Of a stretch of 64,000 nt of DNA, positions 38,847-49,272 are shown one piece after another. The DNA comes from Capsulimonadaceae bacterium (GTDB lineage Bacteria; Armatimonadota; Armatimonadia; Armatimonadales; Capsulimonadaceae). Position numbers and translations under genes: made by a program. Positions within the stretch are counted from its first letter, which is position 1; each line of letters starts with the position of its first letter. The stretch spans positions 3,520,001-3,584,000 of the forward strand of contig OZ244065.1 of the NCBI GenBank assembly GCA_965215505.1, read 5' to 3'. The notes below the pieces were generated by a model. The model was not told the DNA's origin. It saw nothing but the letters and a program-made list of their open reading frames with translations, and searched no databases.

Positions 38847-41591
38847 ATGGACGAAGAGAAAAGAAGACGCTCGATGCGCCCCACGCCCCGCCTTGCCCGC
38901 CGCCGCTGTGTCCGCCGCCTGCTCCTCTGCCTCCCGGCCCTCGCGCTCCTCGGCGGGGCGAGCGGGGCGCAGGAGAAGAGCCAGCCCTCCTTCCTGTCCC
39001 AGCAGGAGACGCTCCCGTCCCGACTGGACGGGTTCTCGTTCGCCGCCCCGCGCCCCACGTTCGCGGGGGCTTTGGCCGCCCTCGAACAGCCCAAACAGGA
39101 CCTCTTTTTGACCGTCGGCGCGGACAAGGTCACGCTCCCCCCGGACGCCACGCCCGCAGACCCTTCCGACCGGCCCGGCGCGGTGGGCGAGGCTTACGGG
39201 CGCATGGCCCGCGACTTCGGCGGCGTCACGGCCCTGGCCCCGCCGCCGATGGCGGTGCTGAACACCCGCCCCGGCGTCCCCGACCCTTACGACGGGATGC
39301 CCGCCGCGGAGGCCTTCAAGGTGCTGGCGGCGGGCCTGAACCCGGTGCAGTGGGCGGCGCTGACCGGTCCCAACGGTTTGGGCCTGTCGGACCTGGACGC
39401 TGCCCAGCGCGGCCTGTTCCGGGCGGTCCTGCCGACCGGGGATGTGCAGGGATACCCCCAGGGCCGTTCCTTCATCCCCACGCCCGCCTGGCAATCGGTG
39501 ACGCTGACCGCGCGGGACATGGACGGCGCGCGCCTGCGCTGGGGCCGGCAAATGGAGATGGATGTCTCGGTGGTGGGGCAGGCGGGGACGAGCGGGAGCT
39601 ACCGCCCCTTCTCCGTCCCCGGCGAGAGCGGTTACGACGCAAACTTCGCGCCGGTCGCCCACCGGGAGACGGTCTACGGGGCGGTCCTGCGCGAAACCCT
39701 GACCAACAGCCCCAAAGACGCCGATCTGGACTATGAAGCCCCGGCCTTGAAGCAGAGCCTCCGGGCGGACGGCATCCTGACGGTCGGGGACCTTGTCGCC
39801 CGCGTCGGGCGGGCGGCGGGGCTGGAGCTGTACGCCGACCGGCGCTATGAGACGCTCCCCGTCACGCTCCTCGGACGGCGGACGGCGCGCGCCGTGGACC
39901 TCTTGCGGGCGACGGCGTTCTGCGTCACCGGCACGTTCCGCCGGGTCGGCCCGGCCTACGTCCTGACCGACGACTTGGAGGGCACGGCCACCCGCCGTCA
40001 GCGGCTGGTCCGGTTCGCGCAGCAGGCCGAGATCATGCGCCACGCGGCCGTGGAAAAGGCCGGGGACGACCTGGCGACGGCGCGCGGCGGCATGGACGGG
40101 ATGCCCTGGCTGGGCGGGCTGGGCTTCAGTGAGGCGCAGAAGGCGCTGCCCCAGTTCACCGATTCACTGTGGGGTGCCATGACCGTCTCCTTCGCCCAGC
40201 TCACACCCGCGCAGCAGGAGTTCGTGCTGGATCAGGCCCGGCAGGTCGCCGCCGGCAGCAACCGGCTGGACATGAGCGGGCGGTTCATGCTCCGCACAGC
40301 GCCGCACCTGCTGCTGCTGTCCCCGACTGCGCCGGGGCCTTTCTTCCTTGAGTACCTCAACCCCGTCCAGTTCCTCCAGCCCTCGATTAATTTCCAGATG
40401 GAGGAGATCAGGCGGCAGGCGGTGGCAGCCGCGAAGAAGGGACCCGCCGCCGCACCCCCTCCCGCCGCGCCTCCCCCTCCCGCCGCCGCACCCCCTCCCG
40501 CCGCGCCGCCCCGCCTGGTGTCCCTGCTGAGGTCCTACCCCCGCCGCGCGTTCCTCGCCGCCCCCCGGACGGCGGCCGAGCTGGACCGCGTGCTTTCCGG
40601 CATGAAGGCGCTGGGGCTGAACCAGCTCTGGCTGGAGGTGTTCGTGGGCGGTCACCCGCGCCTGGACCTCTTGACCGAGGCTTTGGCACGGACCAGGGGG
40701 ACGGGCATCAGCGTCATTCCCACCCTGGACCCGCTCCGCTGGGGGAAGGATGCGCCCGCCGAGGCGCGCGACTTGACCACGCTGGGGGAGACATCCGGCC
40801 AGGCGGAGGCGTGGGAGGCGCGCTACTACAATTCCGTCATGAACGCCTCGAACGTGGGCTACAGGCCGCCCGCCGTCGTCTGGGCCTGCCCCGCCTCGCC
40901 GGTTGTGGAGGGGACGCTGACCGCCCTGGTGCGGCATCTGGCCGCGACGCCGGGCGTCACGACGCTGGCCCTGCGCGGGACGGTCCCGCCGGGCTATAAC
41001 GACCCGCCCCGGCCCATCACCGACGGCACCGAGCTGGGCTACGTCCCCGCCCAACGCCTCGCCTTCCTGCGCCGCGACCATGTGGACCCGCTGGATTTGG
41101 ATGTGAACTACCCTCTGGCGGGGGCCGACCTCACCCTGCCTGACTTCGGCAGCTCATACGCGACCGGCAGCGCCCCGCAGGACTGGGTCCGCCTGCGGGA
41201 CGCGGCGAGCCGCGACCTGCTGCGTCACCTGCTGGCGGCGGCCCAGGAGGCGGGCGGGGGTCGGTTCCGGTTCCTGGTCCAGCAGCGGGGGCAGGCGGAG
41301 GCGGGCTGGTACGGGCTGTGGGAGGACCCACAGGCTCCTCTGCCCCAGGTGCCCGCCGTCCTGCCAGGCCGGGACCCCGCGCCGCCCCTCTCGGAGAGGG
41401 ATTACGCGCCGGCCGCCCGCTCCCAGTGCCGGATCAACCTGTATGCGCTCCCCGCCTGGGCCGCGTCGTTCCCCGACCTCCGCGCCGGAGACACGGACAT
41501 GCTCCCGTCGCTGAAACCCGGCTGGGACGGCATGGTGCTGGAAGCAGACACCGACCAACTGGCGGCCCTGGCACGGACCGTGAAGCGGTAG
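38847..41591 (+). CDS. Large secreted hypothetical protein, paralogue 2
   Basis: Same architecture as paralogue 1. Both end VKR*. Confidence 0.8.
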   Translation: MDEEKRRRSMRPTPRLARRRCVRRLLLCLPALALLGGASGAQEKSQPSFLSQQETLPSRLDGFSFAAPRPTFAGALAALEQPKQDLFLTVGADKVTLPPDATPADPSDRPGAVGEAYGRMARDFGGVTALAPPPMAVLNTRPGVPDPYDGMPAAEAFKVLAAGLNPVQWAALTGPNGLGLSDLDAAQRGLFRAVLPTGDVQGYPQGRSFIPTPAWQSVTLTARDMDGARLRWGRQMEMDVSVVGQAGTSGSYRPFSVPGESGYDANFAPVAHRETVYGAVLRETLTNSPKDADLDYEAPALKQSLRADGILTVGDLVARVGRAAGLELYADRRYETLPVTLLGRRTARAVDLLRATAFCVTGTFRRVGPAYVLTDDLEGTATRRQRLVRFAQQAEIMRHAAVEKAGDDLATARGGMDGMPWLGGLGFSEAQKALPQFTDSLWGAMTVSFAQLTPAQQEFVLDQARQVAAGSNRLDMSGRFMLRTAPHLLLLSPTAPGPFFLEYLNPVQFLQPSINFQMEEIRRQAVAAAKKGPAAAPPPAAPPPPAAAPPPAAPPRLVSLLRSYPRRAFLAAPRTAAELDRVLSGMKALGLNQLWLEVFVGGHPRLDLLTEALARTRGTGISVIPTLDPLRWGKDAPAEARDLTTLGETSGQAEAWEARYYNSVMNASNVGYRPPAVVWACPASPVVEGTLTALVRHLAATPGVTTLALRGTVPPGYNDPPRPITDGTELGYVPAQRLAFLRRDHVDPLDLDVNYPLAGADLTLPDFGSSYATGSAPQDWVRLRDAASRDLLRHLLAAAQEAGGGRFRFLVQQRGQAEAGWYGLWEDPQAPLPQVPAVLPGRDPAPPLSERDYAPAARSQCRINLYALPAWAASFPDLRAGDTDMLPSLKPGWDGMVLEADTDQLAALARTVKR

Positions 41592-41672
41592 GGACAGGAA
41601 GGGCGCGGCGGCAGACGAGGGCGCGATGAATCGCGCCCCTACGCAGGGGAACCGGCATCTCAATGCCGGCTC

Positions 41673-44171
41673 TCACATCGGGAAGGAGAACCCGCCGATC
41701 CTCCCGCCCAAGCCCCGGCGACGCCGGACGGGGGGAGGCGGCGGGAGGCGCGCGGGCGTCCCCAGCCGCAGGGCGGGGCGCGGGTCCGCGCCGGGCGGGA
41801 GGGCGGCGGACACGGGCACGACCAGGCGGACGGGGCGGCGGTCCTGCTCCTCGCGGATCGTGATGCGGAAGGTGAGCGCGGCCAGGCGGCGCGGCAGCGG
41901 GGTGGCCGTCACAACGGAAGGGCCGTCGCGCCACGAGTAAGGCGGCAGCGGGGCGGACTGGACCGGCGGGAGCGGCGCGGGGGTGCGTTTCGGGGTCTGC
42001 GCGGCCCACACGGACAGGCGCAGGGGGGTGTAGCCGGCCCGCGCCAGGACGCGCGCGTCCCGCCCACTCGGCGGGGCGACGGCCCCGACGTAGGGGTCCG
42101 GGCGCGTGTCGTCCAGGGACAGGGTGAGCACGCCCGGCTGCGGCCTGCCCCCCGCCCACCGCGCCGGGGAGGCGACGCGGGGCGCGTTCAGGGGGGCGCT
42201 CTCGGCGGCCTGAAAGCCGGGCGGCAGACGCCAGGCCAGCAGAAGCTCGGCGTTGCCCCGGTCGTACCACCAGCCTTCCCGGTCCCGCCGCGCGTCGGAC
42301 CCCGCGTAGTAGCCCCCGCCCTGCTCCGGATGGAAGGACCCACCGGACGCAGGGGCGATGGTCTCGCGCCGTCCGGGGGTGCCGTTGAGGACGGTGACGG
42401 TGATGCCGGACGGCGTGGTCTCGGTCTCGGAGTGCCGCCAGACGATCCGGTCCCCGCCGAAGGCCGCGTCATGCACCACCTCGGCGTTGTGGAACGTCAC
42501 CGTCTCGGTCCGGGCGGCCTGACGGATCACCGAACCCGTCAGCGTCAGCCGGTGCTGCTGGCCGGGCCAGGCCCCGCCCACCGCGCCGTCCCGGAGCAGC
42601 CACTCGGCGGAGTGCGTCCCGGCAGGGTCCGTCTCGGACGGGGGGCGGGAGAGCGGGAACACGCCGAGCGGCTCGCCCGCGTTCGGCATCCCAGGGAACG
42701 GAGTCCCGAAGGCCGGCGACCCGAGGCCGATGCGGGCGTCCGGCCGGACGCCCGCCGCGCCGCCGTTCCGCCCGCCGGCAGACGCCACCCCGGACGGCCC
42801 CGTCTGACGCGGGGCGGCGGGCGGGGACGGCACGCCCCATTGCGGGGCGGCGTGGTCGAGCTGGAACAGCCAGGTCTGGCCGGGGGGCGCGGGCGACGCG
42901 GCACGGGCGAACAGCAGGAAGCGGAGGGTCGGCAGGCCCGTCCGCTGGTGGCCGTCCTCATTCGCCGGGGCCAGCCCACTCCCCGACTGCGGGTTGGCCT
43001 CGTCCTGCCGACCGCCGGTGTCCTCGGCCTCGGCGGCAACGGCGCGCAGGGTGAACGGGCCGACGGTGGCGGCATTCGCGGGCGTGGGGTCCTGCCCGTC
43101 CGCATCCGCCTCCCGCTGGGCGGGCGTCTCCAGCCGCGTGTCCTCGGCGGCGGGCGGCAGGCGCGTGATCACCCACGAGGCTCCCCCGCCGTCCCCCTGG
43201 CCCGCCGTCCCGTGGCCGCTCGCCCGCGCGACGGTCACGCGGAACTGGCGGGTGGCGGCGTCGTAGCCGGCGGGGATCTGCGTGAACAGGGCGTCGGCCG
43301 TGACCGGCTGGCAGAGCAGGGCGACCGCCTTCCCGGTCGGCCTGCCGTCCGCACCCAGCGGGGTGGCCGTGACCCGGAAGCCCGCCGAGAACGGCGTCGG
43401 GGTCAGCGTCACCAGGGCCGGCCCGGACTGGACCTGGGCGGGCTGCGGGGTATTGGCCGACACGATCTGGTAAGGGACCTGATCGTCCGAATGGGGAGGC
43501 TGTGAACGCGAAACCCGGCCCGGACCGCCCTCGGGCGGGGGTGCGGCGCGCGTCGTCGTCCACTGGAGCGTCGAGATGCCGGCCGCCCGGCTGCTGATGA
43601 TGACGCCGCCGAACCCGCCGCCAAGACTTCCGCTGAACCCGCCGGCACCGGGGCCGGTGGGGGGAGTCGTCTGGGGCTGGGCCACCAGGGTGAAGCGCCC
43701 GAACGGGTAGTCGTGGCGGCGTCCGTCCTGGGGGATGGCGAGCGTCTTGACGCCGACCCCGCCCCGGACGCCGATCCACAGGCCCACCGCGCCCGCCGAG
43801 GCCTGGAGGAAGGGGTTACGCGCGACGGTCGTCGGCTCTTCCCCGCCTGCGGGCGGCGCGAGCGGGGCGGGCGGCGTCTCGAACCCGCTCCGGGTGGGGA
43901 CGGTGAGCGCCAGCAGGGTCCAGTCGGCCTGCCTCGCCGCGCCCGAGGCCAGGCGCGGCGGCGGCCAGGCGGGGGTGTCGGGCGGGCCGGGCGGGGCGGG
44001 CGTCTCCCCCTCGGCGGGGCCGCCCATCCGGGCGTCCCCCGCCCCCGGCCCTCCCCCATGGCGGGAGTCGTGTGCCGGGTTCAGGAGGAGCCACACGGCG
44101 GCGAGCGGGACCAGCAGAAGCCCGCCGGTGAACAGCAGGGTACGCGCATCGCGTTTGGGTGGGGTAGGCAT
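41673..44171 (-). CDS. Large N-terminally anchored hypothetical protein
   Basis: RBS aaagaag, N-terminal TM helix, long open frame. Confidence 0.6.
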   Translation of the reverse strand: MPTPPKRDARTLLFTGGLLLVPLAAVWLLLNPAHDSRHGGGPGAGDARMGGPAEGETPAPPGPPDTPAWPPPRLASGAARQADWTLLALTVPTRSGFETPPAPLAPPAGGEEPTTVARNPFLQASAGAVGLWIGVRGGVGVKTLAIPQDGRRHDYPFGRFTLVAQPQTTPPTGPGAGGFSGSLGGGFGGVIISSRAAGISTLQWTTTRAAPPPEGGPGRVSRSQPPHSDDQVPYQIVSANTPQPAQVQSGPALVTLTPTPFSAGFRVTATPLGADGRPTGKAVALLCQPVTADALFTQIPAGYDAATRQFRVTVARASGHGTAGQGDGGGASWVITRLPPAAEDTRLETPAQREADADGQDPTPANAATVGPFTLRAVAAEAEDTGGRQDEANPQSGSGLAPANEDGHQRTGLPTLRFLLFARAASPAPPGQTWLFQLDHAAPQWGVPSPPAAPRQTGPSGVASAGGRNGGAAGVRPDARIGLGSPAFGTPFPGMPNAGEPLGVFPLSRPPSETDPAGTHSAEWLLRDGAVGGAWPGQQHRLTLTGSVIRQAARTETVTFHNAEVVHDAAFGGDRIVWRHSETETTPSGITVTVLNGTPGRRETIAPASGGSFHPEQGGGYYAGSDARRDREGWWYDRGNAELLLAWRLPPGFQAAESAPLNAPRVASPARWAGGRPQPGVLTLSLDDTRPDPYVGAVAPPSGRDARVLARAGYTPLRLSVWAAQTPKRTPAPLPPVQSAPLPPYSWRDGPSVVTATPLPRRLAALTFRITIREEQDRRPVRLVVPVSAALPPGADPRPALRLGTPARLPPPPPVRRRRGLGGRIGGFSFPM

Positions 44172-44439
44172 CGGTGCTTCTTTCCTGAGCCGCGCCCTCT
44201 TCGCCGGGCCGCGCCCCAAGTATAACACTGCGCCCCGCCGGTGTCAAGGACGGGCCGGGGCGGTGTCAAGGACGGGCCGGGGCGGGCGCGGGGCGGTGGA
44301 CCCGGCGGGCGTGTGACCCGGCGCGCGTGTGACCCGGCCCTTCAGGGCCGGACCGCTGCGCCGGGTTCGCCGCCCGCCGGCTTCACCCCGCCCCCGACAC
44401 GATCTGCCTCTGCCCCACGCACCCTTCCCGCCCTCCCCC

Positions 44440-45393
44440 TCACCCCACGCCATCGGGCGGCGCGCGGCCCGCCGCCGCCTCGGGCCGGGCCGCCCCACGC
44501 CTGGCCGCCGCTAAGGCCGCCTTGAACCGCGCCGCCCCGCCCCGGTTGACGGCCTGCTGCCCCGTGCTGAGGGCCGCCCCCCCGGCCACTGCCCGCGACA
44601 CCGCCCCCCGGACCACCGCCTCCGCGACCCGCACGTCCCGGAACACCCCCCGCGCCTGGAACGCGCCCCTCCCGCCGCTCCTGTCCGGGCCTCTTCCCGG
44701 CCTCCTGTCCGCGAAAGCCGAAGGCAGAATGGGCCTCGCGCGCGTCTGAGTTATTTCCTGCGTTCTCTCTGAGATGATCTCTGAAGTAGTTTGCGCGATC
44801 CCCGCAAACTGGCTTGCAGGAATCGCGCAAACAAGTGTTCGTGTTCCGCGCACTCCAGAGTGCGGCATTGCGGCAGCCGGAGAGGCATCCGGCGGCCGGG
44901 CTTGCGCCTGAAGGTGCGCCCACACCAGCCGCAGCACGGCGGCCATGTCCACCCGGAAGTGCAGGGTGGCGGGAATGCCGCACCGCTTTTCCTCCAGCAC
45001 GCCCTGGGCGCACAGCCGCCGCCGGGCCGTCGCGGTTTCGGCGCGCGACAGCCCCGTCTCCTCGGTGATCTCGCGCTGCGCCTTCCAGAACCAGCCGCTC
45101 GTCCGCGCCTGGACGGTGGGCGTCCCGGCCCAGAACCAGAACTGCGACAGGAGGAGGCCGCAGGCCGCCCCGCCGAACAGCCGCCCGAAGCAGGGGCGGT
45201 GGGCGACGACGCGGCCCGACCCGAACAGGGCGTCGAGGGCGCGCAAAGCCTCCGGCGGCAGCGCCTCGGGCGCGGCCACGGGCGGGGAGGCGTGGGCCTC
45301 CATCGGGGGGATGTGGGGCGACACGGGGGGCAGCGGGCGTTGGGGCGTGGGGCGGACGGGCGCGGGCTGAGACGCGGGAGCGGGCTGGAACAC
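44440..45393 (-). CDS. Phage replication-initiator-like winged-helix protein
   Basis: GLLLSQFWFW...GWFWK...EETGLSR.E..TARRRL...GVLEEK..GIPA..HFRVD, typical of phage replication protein N-termini. Confidence 0.65.
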   Translation of the reverse strand: MFQPAPASQPAPVRPTPQRPLPPVSPHIPPMEAHASPPVAAPEALPPEALRALDALFGSGRVVAHRPCFGRLFGGAACGLLLSQFWFWAGTPTVQARTSGWFWKAQREITEETGLSRAETATARRRLCAQGVLEEKRCGIPATLHFRVDMAAVLRLVWAHLQAQARPPDASPAAAMPHSGVRGTRTLVCAIPASQFAGIAQTTSEIISERTQEITQTRARPILPSAFADRRPGRGPDRSGGRGAFQARGVFRDVRVAEAVVRGAVSRAVAGGAALSTGQQAVNRGGAARFKAALAAARRGAARPEAAAGRAPPDGVG

Positions 45394-45426
45394 GGTGCGG
45401 ACCCTCCTTGAAGCGCAGGCGAGTCC

Positions 45427-45455
45427 AGTATGGCAGGTTTACGGCTGTTTGTCTA
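45427..45455 (-). promoter_or_regulatory. sigma70-type promoter of the replication-like gene
   Basis: TAGACA-17 bp-CATACT on the minus strand. tttgtctacta is duplicated. Confidence 0.6.
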
Positions 45456-45747
45456 CTATTTGTCTACTATTTATAAAATAAAGACCAAATCAGGCAGCCT
45501 CACGGCTGGGTTGGGGAGCGCCCGCCCGCCGCGCTGCCGACGCGGCGGGGTTGGAAGGGGAGCGCGGCGGGGGAAGGGGAGCGCGATAGAGAAAGGGGGT
45601 GCGATGAACTGCGCCCCTACGAGGCTCGGCGGACATCGTCCGGCGGCGCTATCCAAAGCCCCGAAGCGGGCGGCCCATCCGTGTAGACCGGCCTTTCAGG
45701 GCCGGGTGCGCGCCGGGCCGGGTGCGCCGGGCCGGGTGCGGTGGTAG

Positions 45748-45891
45748 GACGAGTGATTGAAATCACTCGCTGACGCAGGATTTGTCCAAGGGACAAGTGG
45801 ATAGGATTGTGCCCAGCGCCCGCCCCGTCCCGTCTGCCTCTTCTGTCCCCTGGACAGGTCCGACAGGAGCGAGTGATTTCAATCACTCGTC
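45748..45891. mobile_element. MITE-like family A, copy 2
   Basis: Same TIRs as 17199-17348. Confidence 0.8.
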
Positions 45892-45939
45892 CTACCACCG
45901 CACCCGGCCCGGCGCGCACCCGGCCCGCCACGCCCCCGT

Positions 45940-46034
45940 TCCCGTCTTCCTGTCCCGTCTTCCTGTCCCGTCTTCCTGTCCCGTCTTCCTGTCCCGTCTT
46001 CCTGTCCCGTCTTCCTGTCCTGTCTTCCTGTCCC
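45940..46034. repeat. 13-bp tandem repeat, about 7 copies
   Basis: tcccgtcttcctg units. Confidence 0.9.
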
Positions 46035-46046
46035 ATCTCCCCGCCC

Positions 46047-48173
46047 TCACGCCGCCGCCACCGTCACCGGGCCGAACTCGCCGTAGCCCGCCTCCGCCAG
46101 CAGGCCGACGGCCCCGCGCGTCGGCAGGTCCGGCCCCGAGGCCGTCAGGGAGACGGGACCGTAAGTGGCCGTGATACCCGACGCGGTGATGGTCAGCGAA
46201 ACCGGCTGCGCCTCCTCCATCGTCCAGGTCGCCCCCGACTCGGCCAGGACACGGGTGACGTCATCGCGCTGCTCGATCAGGCGGACTCGGTGGTCCTCGT
46301 CCAGCACGAGGGCGACGTAGCGGCGCAGGCCGCGCACCGCCCCGGCAAGCCCCAGGCGCTTCGCCAGGTGCGGGAGAATGACGGCGGAAACAGAGTAATC
46401 CGTCCACTCCCACTCGCCCTGCGTCGCCAGCCCCACGCCCTCGTTCTGGATGACCCGGTAGGCCATGCCCGCCCCCGAGCCGGCCTCGAAGGCGGAGGCG
46501 CTGCTGACCCACGCCCGCCGCCAGCCGTCCCCGGACACGGCCCGGCCAAGCGTGACCGACGCGGGGACGCCGCCCCAGGTCAGCCGGTCCAGGAGTACTG
46601 TGCCGGACGCCGCGCCGTCCGAGGCCGTGACTTTCAGGCCGACCACGGCGATGGGCAGGCCCGCCGTTTCGGGGACGGTCAGCGAGGGGGAGGCCGACCC
46701 GCCGGGCGCGAGCGGCACGGCCTCGCCCTCGGTAAACGTCAGCACGTCCCCCGCCCCGTAGGCCCCGACATACAGGCGCACCGTGACCGGGCCGGACAGG
46801 TCCGGGCCGCCCTCCACCGTCGCCGTGACCGTCTGACCGGGGTAGAGAGTCGGGCTGCACGCCAGGTCGTAGCCGCCCCCCGCGAAGGCCGAGGGCGCGG
46901 GGAAGGTCTCGCGCCCCGCCCGGACGGTCCCGCCCGCCCCAAGCCCGTCCAGGCGCAGGGCCAGCCTGCCGCCCTCATTGCCGACCGTCAGGACACCCGC
47001 CGAATCGGGCGCGTCGTCGGGCCGGAACCCCTGCACCGCGCCGGGCAAGGAGAAATGGAACCGCGCGCCGCCCTTGGGGGCGACCGGCGGCAGCCCGGCC
47101 AGCGCGCGGCCCGAATCGACCAGGGCATACGTCTCGCGCAGGGCGTCGGTGATGCACCGCCCGCCGTCCGCCGTGGGCAGGTACAGCCGGTCGGCGACCG
47201 GCCCGCGCCAGTCCGGCCCGGCGTCCATGCCGGCCAGGCCGTTTTGGATGCCCAGCAGGCAGCCGACATTGCCCGCGTTGCAGTCGGTGTCCCAGCCCGC
47301 CGTACTCGCGATCATCAGGGACTTTTGGAAGTCGCCGCGCCCGTGCAGCAGGCCCAGCAGGATGACGGCGTGGTTCGGGACCATGTGGCAGTTGCCGCCG
47401 AATTTGTCATAGCCGTAGTGGGCCTGGATCAGCTTCAGAGTCGCCCGCCAGTCGTCGCCGCTGTCTGCCGCCCACCCGCGCACGTCGCCGATCAGCCGAT
47501 AGATCACGCTCTCCTTCGGGATCAGCCCCGCCCCCATGTCCAGCAGGGCGTTCAAATCAGGCTCGACGAAGGCCAGCGCCTCCATCGCCGCGATGACCTG
47601 CGCGCCGTAGATCGCCTCGCCGTCGTGCGACACCGAGGCGGCCAGCCGCGCGAAGTGGGCGGCCTTCGCGGGGTCGCCGGGGCAGACCATCCCCCAGCCG
47701 TCAACAAAGATCTGCGCCCCGATCTGCTCGGCGACGATGGCCCCGTTCGTCGCGATGCTCCCGCTGTCCGGGGCCTTGATCCCCGCCTTGAGCCGCAGGA
47801 AGGCCGTATGCTCGGTGGACATGCCCAGGCCGCCCCACCACAGAATGGTCCGGCCTTCAATGATGGTGTTCCGCCACCAGTCGCCGATCTGGGCCGCCGT
47901 TAGGTCCGGGTCGTTCCCGCTCTCGGCCAGGGCGCGGGCGAACGTGAAAGTGCCCGAGACGTCGTCGTCGGTGACGACGAGCGGTGCCTTCAGTCTGTCG
48001 TGGACGTAGTAGTCCACCTCGCCCAGTTCGCGCTCGATGCGCTCGTTGGACCAGCCTTCAAAGGGCCGGCCCAGGTAGACCCCGATGATCTTGCCGAGGA
48101 CGCCCGCATAGACGCGCGCCTCGTAGTCGGGGGGCAGGGTGGACTCGGACGGGAGGGAGGAACTAGTAGGCAT
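46047..48173 (-). CDS. ADP-ribosylglycohydrolase family protein
   Basis: GKIIGV.LG.PFEGW, TDDD, SH.GE..YG, GWDTDCNAG. Confidence 0.88.
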   Translation of the reverse strand: MPTSSSLPSESTLPPDYEARVYAGVLGKIIGVYLGRPFEGWSNERIERELGEVDYYVHDRLKAPLVVTDDDVSGTFTFARALAESGNDPDLTAAQIGDWWRNTIIEGRTILWWGGLGMSTEHTAFLRLKAGIKAPDSGSIATNGAIVAEQIGAQIFVDGWGMVCPGDPAKAAHFARLAASVSHDGEAIYGAQVIAAMEALAFVEPDLNALLDMGAGLIPKESVIYRLIGDVRGWAADSGDDWRATLKLIQAHYGYDKFGGNCHMVPNHAVILLGLLHGRGDFQKSLMIASTAGWDTDCNAGNVGCLLGIQNGLAGMDAGPDWRGPVADRLYLPTADGGRCITDALRETYALVDSGRALAGLPPVAPKGGARFHFSLPGAVQGFRPDDAPDSAGVLTVGNEGGRLALRLDGLGAGGTVRAGRETFPAPSAFAGGGYDLACSPTLYPGQTVTATVEGGPDLSGPVTVRLYVGAYGAGDVLTFTEGEAVPLAPGGSASPSLTVPETAGLPIAVVGLKVTASDGAASGTVLLDRLTWGGVPASVTLGRAVSGDGWRRAWVSSASAFEAGSGAGMAYRVIQNEGVGLATQGEWEWTDYSVSAVILPHLAKRLGLAGAVRGLRRYVALVLDEDHRVRLIEQRDDVTRVLAESGATWTMEEAQPVSLTITASGITATYGPVSLTASGPDLPTRGAVGLLAEAGYGEFGPVTVAAA

Positions 48174-48289
48174 GGGGTGACTCCGGTGTCGGCTGAATGC
48201 TGGGAATGCCGTTCGGCAATGGGGGGGCGTTCTCCTGCCGGGAACGGGGTGCGGCGTGGTACAATGGGACAGGAAACGGTTCCGGGCAG

Positions 48290-48427
48290 AACGAGTGACT
48301 GAAATCACTCGCTGACGCAGGATTTGTCCAGGGGACAAGCGGACAGGATAGTGCCCAACGCCCGCCCCATCTGCCTCTTCTGTCCCCTGGACAGGTCCCA
48401 ATCAGCGAGTGATTTCAATCACTCGTC
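48290..48427. mobile_element. MITE-like family A, copy 3
   Basis: Same TIRs, one substitution. Confidence 0.8.
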
Positions 48428-48588
48428 TTGCTCGCCCTTGTCGTCCCTTCCGACTCCATCCTCGCTGCCCTGGATGCCGCCGCCTACCCGTCGTTCGTCC
48501 GCGCCGACTGGACTCTGGGGGCGTCGTGACCGCACGACGGGAGCGGCTTGCCGGGTATACTGGGAGGGATCACGAACGGCAGGAATCC

Positions 48589-48891
48589 ATGAAATCCGGC
48601 AGTCTCAACACGACCTTGACCAGTCTTCTGCGGTATCTCATTAATGGGGCCGTCTTCCTGTGCGTCTACCTCGGCGCGCACATCTTCGGCCCCTCCCTCT
48701 GGCACTACGCCGCCGCGAATGTCCAGCACTGGTGGCACCGGGGCGCGTCCGGCGACATCACCAGCGGCCTCGTGGGGATGGCGGCGTTCCTCGTGTTCGG
48801 CGAGTACCGCCGCCGCGAGAGGTCGGCGCGAAATGTCCCCGCCGCAGCCCGGCGGCAGCCGAGCAGGTCGCCGAGCGGGCCGTGGGCGTGA
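48589..48891 (+). CDS. Small membrane protein
   Basis: Two hydrophobic segments. RBS agga. Confidence 0.5.
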   Translation: MKSGSLNTTLTSLLRYLINGAVFLCVYLGAHIFGPSLWHYAAANVQHWWHRGASGDITSGLVGMAAFLVFGEYRRRERSARNVPAAARRQPSRSPSGPWA

Positions 48892-48952
48892 GGCCCGGCG
48901 TAGGGAAGGCGGGGCAAGAGAAGAGGGCGGGGGGACCCCGCCCCTACGAGGA

Positions 48953-49009
48953 CCGGATGATGCCGCCCGGATGATGCCGCCCGGATGATGCCGCCCGGAT
49001 GATGCCGCC
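48953..49009. repeat. 14-bp tandem repeat x4 between two GTAG REPs
   Basis: ccggatgatgccgc units. Confidence 0.9.
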
Positions 49010-49272
49010 CCTGTAGGGGTCGGGTCCCGCGACCCTCATTTCCCTCTGGCTTTGCCCCTACGCTATCTCCGTTCTGGCCTGACCCATCCTCAACCCCGGA
49101 GGGGTTTTCACTCAAGAGTAGCCCGGCCATTCATGGCCGGGGCCAGCCGTGCGGCTTTTTTCTTTCGCCACAATCGCACTGTTGCGCGGGCGAAAACCGT
49201 TCCGAGGCCGGTAATCCGTGGTACAATGTCGGCGTGCGATCTAAGTCTTACGCACACTAAGGAGTAACGCTC

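Noticed and set aside
36221-41591. Diversity-generating retroelement
   Set aside because: No reverse transcriptase gene, and differences are not adenine-specific as far as I can see.
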